A stretch of DNA of 64,000 bases, from NCBI GenBank assembly GCA_046582655.1, contig JAYGDX010000089.1, positions 20,129 through 84,128 of the forward strand. The letters are read 5' to 3'. The notes beneath the pieces are model-generated. The model was given only the letters and a program-made list of their open reading frames with translations. It was not told where the DNA came from and did no database searches. The position numbers were made by a program, and so were the translations under genes. The stretch's first letter is position 1; each line of letters opens with the position of its first letter. The DNA comes from Candidatus Poribacteria bacterium (GTDB lineage Bacteria; Poribacteria; WGA-4E; UBA9662). This document shows, piece by piece, positions 51,602 to 61,047 of this stretch.

Positions 51602-51635
51602 ATATTCATGGTTATTTTATATTCATGGTTATTTT
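51602..51635. repeat. Perfect tandem duplication of a 17-bp unit (atattcatggttatttt, two copies) in a divergent promoter region
   Basis: Read directly at 51602..51618 and 51619..51635. It lies between the minus-strand TPR-lipoprotein gene and the plus-strand PhyH-family gene. Confidence 0.6.
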
Positions 51636-51762
51636 TTAATTCTATCAGAGTCACGAATGATTTGCAAAAGGGTTTTCCCTTTAAGTTTAACTATGGATTG
51701 TAATATAATAGACTATGTGTTTGTGCTCTATATAAACCATAGAAGTTCAAGGTTAAAACCTG

Positions 51763-52548
51763 ATGAAACTGAGTTCCGAAGAACTTGAACATCAAGAACT
51801 GAAACCTGAAACGCTTGATCTGGCAATTCAGCAAGTAAGAGTAAACGGTTACGTTGTTTTCGAGTCAGTTCTTGATGAAAACCTTGTTGATACGCTTCGT
51901 TTCCACTTTATGGAACTTCTAAATGAATATGTGGCTAAAACCGATTCTAATCGCGGTAAAAACCGTTATCAGATGCATCTTCCTTTCGATAAGCCATTTA
52001 TTAATCCACAAGTTATTACCAACCCAATTGCCTTGTCGGTGACTGACGCTATTATTGGATCTGATTGTATCTGTCACTATCTGGCTTCTGACACACCGCT
52101 GCCCAAATCAGAATACCAGCACGTGCACTCCGACATCCATCGACTCTTTCCAAACGGAGAAACCACTCCACCATATAGCATTTCCATGAATATTCCGCTT
52201 GTGGACTTCAATCAGGAGAACGGTGCCATGGAAGTTTGGCCAGGAGGCACGCATTTGATGCCGACCGGCATTAATATGAGTCAATTATCAAAAACAATGC
52301 ATTCCGAGTTAGTCCTAATGCCAGTCGGATCTTTGCTAATTCGTGATATGCGGATGTGGCACCGTGGAACGCCGAATCGGTCTGATGCTGCCCGTCCAAA
52401 CATGGCGTTTATTTTTTCTCGTTATTGGTTCAAGACATCTTATCCGCCAATTGAAATCTCTCAGGAAACTTACGATTCGCTTTCAGATCGTGCTAAGCAG
52501 CTTTTCCGGCATGAACAGATTGGTAATGGATCGGATCCGCGTTTCTAA
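51763..52548 (+). CDS. Phytanoyl-CoA dioxygenase (PhyH) family Fe(II)/2-oxoglutarate-dependent oxygenase
   Basis: HxD...H iron triad candidates (HVHSD; WHRGTPN) and the PhyH-like N-terminal region. Confidence 0.7.
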   Translation: MKLSSEELEHQELKPETLDLAIQQVRVNGYVVFESVLDENLVDTLRFHFMELLNEYVAKTDSNRGKNRYQMHLPFDKPFINPQVITNPIALSVTDAIIGSDCICHYLASDTPLPKSEYQHVHSDIHRLFPNGETTPPYSISMNIPLVDFNQENGAMEVWPGGTHLMPTGINMSQLSKTMHSELVLMPVGSLLIRDMRMWHRGTPNRSDAARPNMAFIFSRYWFKTSYPPIEISQETYDSLSDRAKQLFRHEQIGNGSDPRF

Positions 52549-52598
52549 AAGTAATTTATTATTGCCTAAATGAAGATCGCCTGAGCTGTGTAAATCCA

Positions 52599-53861
52599 AT
52601 GAAAATTATGCTGACAACTTGGGGGACTACTGGTGATGTTCGGCCTTTTCTGGCTTTGGCCAAGAGTTTAAAAGTTTCCGGTCATCAAGTTCAAGTTTGT
52701 ACTTCAAGCGTTTACAGCCAGCAGTTTGAGAAAATTGGCGTTGAATTTTGTCCGGTTGGCATGCCATTCGAGCAAGACCAATTCAATCAGATCATGGACA
52801 GGATCATCAATATCCGGAATCCGCTCAAATCTGCTCTGGTGATTGCCAAAGAAGGAATTCTCAACCAGGCTAAACGGTGGTATAATGACTGTCTTGAAGC
52901 CATGACAGATTGCGACATAGTAGTCTGTCACTCGGCTGATATGCCAGGACAGGAAGCGGCTATTAAAAAGAATCTACCTTGGATGACAGTCAGCTACTGT
53001 CCCGGATTCATCAAGTCTCTGTGTACTTCTCCTTCACCGGCACCAAATTTGGGAAGGTATAGCAATTACCTACTGTGGAAGATAGTCGAATTGATGATGC
53101 GTTATCAGGCAGATCCGCTGTTTAACGCATTTTTTGACTCTATCGGTGGAAACAAAAGGAGTTTGATCGGAATTGAAGGCATGTATTCACCCCATCTGAA
53201 CTTAGTGGCTTCATCGTCTTACATTACTAAACCGCCGTCGGATCTGCCATCTTATCATAAATTTACTGGAGCTTGGTTTTTAGAAGAACCGGATTATGAA
53301 CTTCCGTTAAACTTACGGAAGTTCTTAGACCAAGGTACTTCACCAATTATTGTTTCCTTCGGCTCTATGGGAGGGACCAAAGGGCTGGAGACAACCCGGA
53401 CTATCGTTGATGCTATTCAGCTGACCGATCAAAGAGCAATAATCCAGGAAGGTTGGGGAAAGTTAGGCAGCGAGTCATGCGGATGGGATGATAACATTTT
53501 TTCCGTCGGTCATGTCCCGCACGATTTTCTGTTTCGGCAGGGAATATGCGTGATTCATCACGGTGGTGCTGGTACTACCCACGCAGCTTGTCGTGCTGGT
53601 GTCCCGTCTATTGTAATACCGCACTTAGCTGATCAGCCATATTGGGGAAGCAGGCTACAAAAACTTGGCGTTGCTCCTAAGATTCTCCATCGGAAACAGA
53701 TGACTGCTAAGAGTTTAACAAATCGAATCCTCCAAGTCATTAACTCCGAATCGATGGCGATCAAAGCCAAAGAACTTGGACAGAAGATTGAGACTGAAGA
53801 CGGTTTAGGTAAAGCTGTAGAACTTGTTGAAACCTTTGGGTACAATTTTCAGAATAATTAA
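52599..53861 (+). CDS. Family 1 glycosyltransferase (UDP-glycosyltransferase/MGT-like, GT-B fold)
   Basis: N-terminus MKIMLTTWGTTGDVRPFLALAKSLKVSGHQV. C-terminal nucleotide-sugar binding region HHGGAGTTHAACRAGVPSIVIPHLADQPYW. Confidence 0.75.
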   Translation: MKIMLTTWGTTGDVRPFLALAKSLKVSGHQVQVCTSSVYSQQFEKIGVEFCPVGMPFEQDQFNQIMDRIINIRNPLKSALVIAKEGILNQAKRWYNDCLEAMTDCDIVVCHSADMPGQEAAIKKNLPWMTVSYCPGFIKSLCTSPSPAPNLGRYSNYLLWKIVELMMRYQADPLFNAFFDSIGGNKRSLIGIEGMYSPHLNLVASSSYITKPPSDLPSYHKFTGAWFLEEPDYELPLNLRKFLDQGTSPIIVSFGSMGGTKGLETTRTIVDAIQLTDQRAIIQEGWGKLGSESCGWDDNIFSVGHVPHDFLFRQGICVIHHGGAGTTHAACRAGVPSIVIPHLADQPYWGSRLQKLGVAPKILHRKQMTAKSLTNRILQVINSESMAIKAKELGQKIETEDGLGKAVELVETFGYNFQNN

Positions 53862-53891
53862 CAAAATCTTATAAAGTGCAGGAGAAATTTT

Positions 53892-54794
53892 ATGATTACG
53901 GAAGTTAACCCCTCACAGACAAAAATCGGTTGGGTTGGTACAGGTGTCATGGGACGTTGGATGTGTCAACATGTGATGGATCTTGGTTATACAGCCATGA
54001 TATTTACACGTACCAAATCCAAAGCTGATCCTCTGCTGAAAGCAGGCGCAACCTGGGCTGATTCACCAGCTGAGGTAGCAGAAAACTCAGATATTATCTT
54101 CACCATTGTTGGTTTCCCAGAAGATGTACGCCATGTATATTTAGGTGAAAATGGTATTTTAACGACAGCAAAATCGGGAAGTATTATTGTTGACATGACG
54201 ACAACCGAGCCATCACTGGCTATCGAGGTCTACCAGACAGCGCAGGCTCAAGGTATTTCGTCAATCGACGCTCCGGTTTCAGGCGGTGATGTTGGAGCTC
54301 GTGAGGCGCGTTTGGCAATCATGATTGGTGGTGACCAAAAGGCTGTTGACGCCATTCATCCTCTCTTTGAAGCCATGGGCCAAAATATTGTCTATCAAGG
54401 GAAAGCAGGATCCGGTCAGCATACTAAAATGTGTAATCAAATTACCATTTCCGGCACCATGATAGGTGTCTGTGAAGCATTACTTTACGGTGCGAAAGCT
54501 GGGCTTGATCTTGAAATTATGTTGTCAACAATCAGCAAAGGTGCGGCCGCTTGCTGGTCACTAGACAATCTTGCTCCGCGCGTTTTAAAACGTAACTTTG
54601 ATCCTGGTTTTTTTGTTGAACATTTTATCAAGGATATGGGGATTGCATTGGATGAAGCCAAACGTATGGGTATTAGCCTTCCCGGGCTTTCGCTTGTACA
54701 TCAACTTTATCTGGCTACCCAAGCACAAGGTCATGGTCGTCTCGGTACGCATGCCTTGATGCTGGCACTTGAACAATTATCAAGTGTAAGCTAA
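53892..54794 (+). CDS. NAD(P)-dependent 3-hydroxyisobutyrate dehydrogenase-family oxidoreductase (HIBADH/GarR-like)
   Basis: Rossmann motif IGWVGTGVMGRWM, the catalytic Lys region (GSGQHTKMCNQI), and a C-terminal 6PGDH-like helical domain. Confidence 0.8.
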   Translation: MITEVNPSQTKIGWVGTGVMGRWMCQHVMDLGYTAMIFTRTKSKADPLLKAGATWADSPAEVAENSDIIFTIVGFPEDVRHVYLGENGILTTAKSGSIIVDMTTTEPSLAIEVYQTAQAQGISSIDAPVSGGDVGAREARLAIMIGGDQKAVDAIHPLFEAMGQNIVYQGKAGSGQHTKMCNQITISGTMIGVCEALLYGAKAGLDLEIMLSTISKGAAACWSLDNLAPRVLKRNFDPGFFVEHFIKDMGIALDEAKRMGISLPGLSLVHQLYLATQAQGHGRLGTHALMLALEQLSSVS

Positions 54795-56623
54795 TGTTCG
54801 GTAAGATGGCATCCCAGAAGATTAGAGATAATCTGACAAAATTCCCGATTGATCCCGGCATCTACATGATGAAGAGTAAGTCGGGTAAGATCCTGTATAT
54901 TGGAAAGGCAAAGTCGATTCGGCATCGTGTTCGGTCCTACTTTCTACCGTCGGCTAAGCCTCATGGTAAGACAGAGGGCATGCTGCGGCACGTTGAAGAT
55001 GTGGAGTATATTGTCACCGCAAACGTTATTGAAGCACTGGTTCTTGAAAACAATCTGATCAAGAAACATCTGCCACGTTACAACATCAAGCTGAAAGATA
55101 ACGGACATTATCCATATCTTAAAATTACTGTTGGTGAACCGTTTCCTTCATTGCAGGTTGTGCGAAGCGTTGAAAAAGATGGCGCAAAATATTTTGGTCC
55201 GTACATAAAACCACGTGCCATGCGCCAGACAATCAAACTGTTAACGAAAGTTTTCCCCATTCGCACATGTGAACTCCAACTTGATAAAACAGGAAACAAA
55301 CACCGACCATGCCTTGATTATCACATTAAGTGTTGTGATGCTCCATGTGCGGATTATATCGATATTTCCGCTTATAAGACCACCGTCAAGAACGTGGTTC
55401 GATTTCTAAGCGGAGATATTGATCAAGTTATTGCTGATATTCGTGTCAAGATGGAGTTAGCCGTGGAAAAACTCGACTTTGAATTGGCGGCTAAATACCG
55501 GGATCAGATTAGCATGGTCGAAGATGCGGTAGCTAAACAGAACATTGATACACCATCGGCTGTAGATGAAGATGTAATCGGTATTGCTTATCGTGACAGC
55601 AAAGCATGTGTTCAGGTAATGATGGTTCGTGACGGAAAATTACTTGACCGTGAACACTATTTCTTAACCAATGTTGAGTCAGACCTCAAAATCGAAGCGT
55701 TGACGGCATTCATTCAGCAATATTACGAAAACACCTCTTTTGTACCCAAAACTATTCTCCTTCCGAATTCTATCGAGATACCAAATACAATCGAAAATTG
55801 GTTGTCTAAAAAACGTGGTAATCGAATCACTATTCATATCCCACAGCGTGGTCGAAAATATCAACTTGTTGAGATGGCAATCAAAAACGCACAGTTGATC
55901 CTTGAACAGAAAAACTTTAACTTGACTGTTGTCAACGGAGAGAATCCAGCCTTGCTCAATCTCCAACAGTTGCTTGATCTACCACGTCCACCCCAACGCA
56001 TTGAAGGATTCGATATCTCCAATCTTGGTGAGTGTTTTACCGTTGCCTCAATGGTTGTAATGGAAGATGGCGAGCCGGAAAAGTCAGAGTATCGTCGTTT
56101 CAAGATTCGGGGTGTTGACGGCCAAAATGATTATGCGGCAATGCAAGAAGTAATCACTCGGAGGTTTCGGCAAGGAGCAACAGAAAACCATTTTCCGGAT
56201 TTGATTTTAATTGATGGAGGAAAAGGCCAATTGAATTCTGCTTATCGAATACTAAAACAGCTTGAGCTGGCAAATCTTCCCATCATCGGATTGGCCAAAC
56301 GGTTTGAACGTATTTTCCTACCTGAACAGAAAAATCCGATTGTTCTATCTAAAGATAATCCAACGCTCCACCTCATCCAACGCATACGTGATGAAGCACA
56401 CCGTTTTGCTCTCCACTACCATCGAAAACTGCGTAGCCACAATTTGACACATTCTGTTTTGGACGATATCCCGCTTGTTGGACAGAAACGAAAAAAGGTT
56501 TTACTACAGCATTTCAGGTCGATTGATGAGATTCGTAACGCAACCATAGAAAAACTTCTTGCTGTCGAAACGATCAACCGTCAAGTTGCTGAAAACATTC
56601 ATAAACATCTGAGCTTTCTGTGA
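54794..56623 (+). CDS. uvrC: Excinuclease ABC subunit C
   Basis: GIY-YIG domain (GIYMMKSKSGKILYIGKAKSIRHRVRSYF), a UvrBC-interaction region, an RNase H-like endonuclease domain and a C-terminal HhH (LLAVETINRQVAENIHKHL). 609 aa. Confidence 0.9.
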   Translation: MFGKMASQKIRDNLTKFPIDPGIYMMKSKSGKILYIGKAKSIRHRVRSYFLPSAKPHGKTEGMLRHVEDVEYIVTANVIEALVLENNLIKKHLPRYNIKLKDNGHYPYLKITVGEPFPSLQVVRSVEKDGAKYFGPYIKPRAMRQTIKLLTKVFPIRTCELQLDKTGNKHRPCLDYHIKCCDAPCADYIDISAYKTTVKNVVRFLSGDIDQVIADIRVKMELAVEKLDFELAAKYRDQISMVEDAVAKQNIDTPSAVDEDVIGIAYRDSKACVQVMMVRDGKLLDREHYFLTNVESDLKIEALTAFIQQYYENTSFVPKTILLPNSIEIPNTIENWLSKKRGNRITIHIPQRGRKYQLVEMAIKNAQLILEQKNFNLTVVNGENPALLNLQQLLDLPRPPQRIEGFDISNLGECFTVASMVVMEDGEPEKSEYRRFKIRGVDGQNDYAAMQEVITRRFRQGATENHFPDLILIDGGKGQLNSAYRILKQLELANLPIIGLAKRFERIFLPEQKNPIVLSKDNPTLHLIQRIRDEAHRFALHYHRKLRSHNLTHSVLDDIPLVGQKRKKVLLQHFRSIDEIRNATIEKLLAVETINRQVAENIHKHLSFL

Positions 56624-56632
56624 AAGTATCCA

Positions 56633-59011
56633 ATGACTGAATGGCGACTTAAATTTTTTGGGTGTGTGGTGGTCCTATTGATAGTTTTTTCCCTACATGT
56701 CACACTTCTCCGATTTTCCCAGACCGTTTATCACGGTGCCCTTGAAACAATTGTTTGTGTTGGTCAGGTTACGAAACTTGATACCAACGAATCGGTTGAT
56801 CAAATTGTAACTTTCCAGATTCTGTCCGGTCAATTTCGTGGTCAGACAGTGAAAGTTGACAACATCTGGATCGGTCGCGCTTATAGCGATCGTAAGCTGT
56901 ATATCGGAGATCGGCTCTTTCTTGAGATTCCTCTTCGCCGATCTGATCAGAAATCGATCGATACTGTCCGGATGCTGGAGTATTTCCGAACGCCTTATTT
57001 ACTGTACCTGACAGGACTTCTGGCTTTATTGATGATTATAGTCGGGGGATCTAAAGGAATTCGTGCGATTGTAACCATGTTCTTGTCTGGACTGATCGTT
57101 TTCTATCTGCTGATTCCTCTCTTAGTCAAAGGTTATAATCCAATTCTTGTTTCTGTATCAATCTCAGCACTTTTAACCTTGTTGACTTTTGTTGTTATTA
57201 CTGGTTTTAGCCGAAAGGTAATTTCGGGTGTGATTGGCACACTTGGAGGATTAATCGTGGTTGCTGTACTGTCAGTCATTGGACAGAGGGCGATGTATCT
57301 CACCGGACTGGCTGAGGAATTCGGGTTTCTTGAACTGGGAATCGCACTTTGGCGAACACCGGGAGCATATTCGTGGAACTTCACTGATCTGCTGTCAGCC
57401 GGAATAATCTTGGGATCGGTTGGAGCCATGATGGATGTAGGAATGTCGATATCCTCTTCCGTCCATGAAGTCAAAGAGGTGAACCCCAATGTTAGCGTGC
57501 GTCAAGCGATTCGTACCGGCTTTAACGTTGGGCGGGACGTGATGGGCACCATGGCAGACACCCTGATCTTTGCCTATCTTGGTGCTGAAATCATAACCAT
57601 GCTACTGCCGCGTATAGATTTTCCGGAAGTTGGTGTCTCTTATCCCTTTCTGCGAATTGTCAATGATGAAGCAACTGCCGCAGCAATTCTTCAAGCCATT
57701 ATCGGAACAATCGGGTTGGTCATGACTGTTCCTATTACGTCAGTTGTAGCTGGAATTCTGACCAAATATGCGAAAGTTGATCATGACAGTGTGGCCAAAA
57801 ATATCCCCTCCACTAAAGAACTAGAAACGATGCATCGCCAGGAAAAAGAGAAAAAGTCCCAGTATCTGGTACCAATCGGGCTGGTGGTTGTTATTTGTAG
57901 TACTTTTGGGTTACAGAATCACGTTAATCACTCGGCAGCCACCATTGTGAGACAGGAAGATAGTAGTGGCAAACTGGTTTCGGTTTCTGAGTATGCGAAA
58001 GGAAAAGTTATCCGCCGGCTTGAACGTAATGCCGACACCGAATCAACAGCACACGATATTCTGGAGATCGAATTACTATCTGGAGTCTATAAGGGGCAGA
58101 GCCTTATCTTGCGAAATGTGATTCAGAAAAAAATGCCGCTACTAACGATTCCCGCCAAACCGGGAGATATCGTCCTCTGCCGTGTCGGTGGATCTCTCGA
58201 TCAGATTGGTCTAGTCAACCTGGTACAGGAGTATGGGCGAGACCGATTTCTGATTTGGATGTTCGGGGTAATGCTGGTTGTCATCATCTTAGTTGGGCGA
58301 AACGAAGGAGTACGAACAGTTATTGCAATGATTGGTTCGGGGCTGATTATTTATTTTTTTATGCTACCATTGATCGCAAGTGGCAACCCGCCCGTTCTAA
58401 TTGTGGTCTTAAGCAGTGGGATGATTGCCTTCTGCTCGTTGGTTTTTGTCATTGGCCCCAGTCGCAAGACGTTTTCAGCTGTTATTAGTACAATGGCTGG
58501 GGTAACGATTGCCGGCTTGATTGTCGTGATTTCACAGCATTATCTGCACTTCACAGGTATGGAAAATGCGATCTCTGCTGATATCGTCGAGGCGGTTGGG
58601 ATCCCCTTCGATTTTCGCCAGTTGCTATTGGCTGGAATGTTAATCGGCTTATTAGGTGTTGCCGTTGATGGGGCTATTGAAGTTTCGTCATCAATGGAGG
58701 AAGTTCGCCGGGCAAACCCACAGATGCCATCGTGGCAATTGATTTCTTCTGGGATGAACGTTGGTACAGATATTTTGGGTACCATGGTTAACACACTTTT
58801 ATTCGCATATCTTGGCGTGCGGTTACTACTTTTAATGGCAATAATAGCACCGGATTTAAGAGATAGTCTATTTGCTTCACCAGCAGTTGAGTTGCTCAGC
58901 ATTGGGATTACATCTGCGGAGATTCTCAGGCTCCTTGCTGGTACACTTGGACTGGTTTTAGTGATTCCGATTACCGCCATAATTTCTGCGTTCTGGCATC
59001 GGAGAAGTTAA
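56633..59011 (+). CDS. Tandem-duplicated YibE/F-family integral membrane protein (two complete YibE/F-like units fused)
   Basis: Each half has a TM anchor, a soluble beta-rich segment and about 7 TM helices. Motifs repeat between halves: LIPLLVKGYNPILVSVSISAL versus MLPLIASGNPPVLIVVLSSGM, and DTLIFAYLGAEI versus NTLLFAYLGVRL. Confidence 0.6.
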   Translation: MTEWRLKFFGCVVVLLIVFSLHVTLLRFSQTVYHGALETIVCVGQVTKLDTNESVDQIVTFQILSGQFRGQTVKVDNIWIGRAYSDRKLYIGDRLFLEIPLRRSDQKSIDTVRMLEYFRTPYLLYLTGLLALLMIIVGGSKGIRAIVTMFLSGLIVFYLLIPLLVKGYNPILVSVSISALLTLLTFVVITGFSRKVISGVIGTLGGLIVVAVLSVIGQRAMYLTGLAEEFGFLELGIALWRTPGAYSWNFTDLLSAGIILGSVGAMMDVGMSISSSVHEVKEVNPNVSVRQAIRTGFNVGRDVMGTMADTLIFAYLGAEIITMLLPRIDFPEVGVSYPFLRIVNDEATAAAILQAIIGTIGLVMTVPITSVVAGILTKYAKVDHDSVAKNIPSTKELETMHRQEKEKKSQYLVPIGLVVVICSTFGLQNHVNHSAATIVRQEDSSGKLVSVSEYAKGKVIRRLERNADTESTAHDILEIELLSGVYKGQSLILRNVIQKKMPLLTIPAKPGDIVLCRVGGSLDQIGLVNLVQEYGRDRFLIWMFGVMLVVIILVGRNEGVRTVIAMIGSGLIIYFFMLPLIASGNPPVLIVVLSSGMIAFCSLVFVIGPSRKTFSAVISTMAGVTIAGLIVVISQHYLHFTGMENAISADIVEAVGIPFDFRQLLLAGMLIGLLGVAVDGAIEVSSSMEEVRRANPQMPSWQLISSGMNVGTDILGTMVNTLLFAYLGVRLLLLMAIIAPDLRDSLFASPAVELLSIGITSAEILRLLAGTLGLVLVIPITAIISAFWHRRS

Positions 59012-59793
59012 GCTTTTTCTTGTTGTTTGACTTGTTCCCAAATCTGATCAAGTCCAGAGAGGTCGTAGTCTTTGAACGTCTTACTGGTTCTTTCAAGTTT
59101 AGTTTCCATCCGTTGAAACCGATCTACAAATTTGCGGTTAGACTTTCGCAACGCTTCTTCGGGCTGTACATTTAGGAATCGGCATAAATTCACAACTGAG
59201 AAAAGTAGATCACCGATTTCCATTTCTATTTCGGTAATTTCGTTGTTTCTGATACTTTCCTCAATTTCAACAATTTCTTCTTGAAGTTTGGGTAAAACAT
59301 CCTCTGTTTGGTTCCAGTCAAACCCGACTCTTGACGCTTTTTTCTGGATCTTCTCCGCTCTTTGCAGACTTGGCAGTGAATTTGGAATACCATCTAGCGA
59401 CGACTTCCGGTCTTTGTTTCCATCTTCGCTACGTTTAATCTCTTCCCAATTCTTTAGCACCTCGCTTTCGTCTTTAGCAACAGCTTCACCGAAAACATGT
59501 GGGTGTCTCCGGATCAGTTTCTCTGTCAAGTTTCCGATGACGTCGTCAACACTGAAGTCATTTTGATCTGTGGCAATCTGGGAATGTAACATAACTTGCA
59601 TCAGTAGATCCCCAAGTTCATCACAGATTTTATCCGGAACGTTGGCATCAATGGCTTCAATAAGCTCGTACGCTTCCTCAATTAAATCCGTCTTCAGCGA
59701 TTCATGGGTTTGAGCCAGATCCCAAGGACATCCGTTTTCGCTTCGCAGCATAGCAACGACATCCACCAGACGATCAAAGGATATGCTTTTCAT
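59008..59793 (-). CDS. mazG: Nucleoside triphosphate pyrophosphohydrolase MazG (two MazG domains)
   Basis: EEAYELIEAID...ELGDLLMQVMLHSQIA, and a second EExxE...EIGDLLFSVVNL motif. Confidence 0.85.
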   Translation of the reverse strand: MKSISFDRLVDVVAMLRSENGCPWDLAQTHESLKTDLIEEAYELIEAIDANVPDKICDELGDLLMQVMLHSQIATDQNDFSVDDVIGNLTEKLIRRHPHVFGEAVAKDESEVLKNWEEIKRSEDGNKDRKSSLDGIPNSLPSLQRAEKIQKKASRVGFDWNQTEDVLPKLQEEIVEIEESIRNNEITEIEMEIGDLLFSVVNLCRFLNVQPEEALRKSNRKFVDRFQRMETKLERTSKTFKDYDLSGLDQIWEQVKQQEKA

Positions 59794-59799
59794 AGTTGT

Positions 59800-61014
59800 T
59801 TAAGCCCATCCTTGGCTTTCGCCGCCAACTCGAGCTTTGCTGATCCGCTCAAAGTATCCGCTTTTACGATAGGCAGTGAGGGGGTCGGGATCCAGATTCA
59901 TCTCCAATCGAACCTGTTCCAGCAAGGGGCGAACATCAGTCTCTACCGCACGTTGCAGAATTTGCTCAGCATCAATAATTTCACCCGCTGCTTGCGCTTC
60001 AGCCAATGATTGGCGATCAACAATTAAAGCCTTAGCATAAGCAGTCTGGAGATTACAAACTGATTGGAGACTTGCCTCGACCTTTGGCTTAAGGTTGTGG
60101 CTCTGGTCGATCATATAGGCAATATCGGTTTCTACCTCTGGATCAAGTTCCGCTGCTACAAGCTCATTATAGATCAAAAAAAGCTCCTGTGGATTGATGG
60201 AACCAACGGTTAAGTCATCATCGGCAAATTTTTTGCAGTTAAAATGAAAACCACCAAGTTTATCTTCGTCAATTAGATAAGCAACGATAAACTCGATATT
60301 GATGCCGAGTGGATGATGCCCCAGATCAATCAGTACCTGCGCTTTATCACCCAATTTTTTAGCCATTACGTAGGCAGTTCCCCAGTCGGTTAAGTCCGTA
60401 TGATAAAATCCGGGCTCAAAGAATTTATATTCGATTAGCATCCGTTGGTTATCATTTAACGCGCCGAAAACCTCTCTTAACGCTTCTTCCATCCAATGTT
60501 TTCTCTGTCGAAAATTGCCTTGCCCCGGAAAGTTGGTACCATCAGCAAACCATAGGCTCAAATCTTGTGATCCAGTTATACTCATTATATCAACACACTC
60601 AAGCATATGGTCAATAGCTACTCGACGGACCGATGAATCAGGGTTGCAAACGCTACCCAGTTTGTAAATCTGATCCTGAAAAACATTTGGATTGATAGCA
60701 CCAATACCAATGTTAAGGTCGGCAGCATACTGCTGGAGACTGTCCCAATCGTCTGTTTGATCCCACGGAATATGGAGAGCAACTGTTGGAGATACACCTG
60801 TGTACTTGTGTACAGTTGCTGCATCCTCAAGTCGTTCCGCCGCATTCCGTGCCGCACCTTCCTGATGAAAAACACCGAAACGTGTTCCGGAGTTGCCATA
60901 TCCCCACGAAGGCGTTTCGATATGTTGTTTTTTTAGATTATTTCTAATTTTGTCTACGTTGTGTCCCTGTTTTGTCAAATCATCTGCCAAAATATCATAT
61001 TTGATATTACTCAT
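59800..61014 (-). CDS. L-rhamnose isomerase of the xylose-isomerase-like TIM-barrel type (Pseudomonas stutzeri L-RhI-like)
   Basis: [25 protein letters not shown]...[14 protein letters not shown] matches, as I recall it, the P. stutzeri L-RhI N-terminal region (PSWGVGTGGTRFARF...PNVSLHIPWD). About 400 aa. Confidence 0.5.
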   Translation of the reverse strand: MSNIKYDILADDLTKQGHNVDKIRNNLKKQHIETPSWGYGNSGTRFGVFHQEGAARNAAERLEDAATVHKYTGVSPTVALHIPWDQTDDWDSLQQYAADLNIGIGAINPNVFQDQIYKLGSVCNPDSSVRRVAIDHMLECVDIMSITGSQDLSLWFADGTNFPGQGNFRQRKHWMEEALREVFGALNDNQRMLIEYKFFEPGFYHTDLTDWGTAYVMAKKLGDKAQVLIDLGHHPLGINIEFIVAYLIDEDKLGGFHFNCKKFADDDLTVGSINPQELFLIYNELVAAELDPEVETDIAYMIDQSHNLKPKVEASLQSVCNLQTAYAKALIVDRQSLAEAQAAGEIIDAEQILQRAVETDVRPLLEQVRLEMNLDPDPLTAYRKSGYFERISKARVGGESQGWA

Positions 61015-61047
61015 AACTTATCTCCTTTTTTGTGTTGCGTAAGATAT

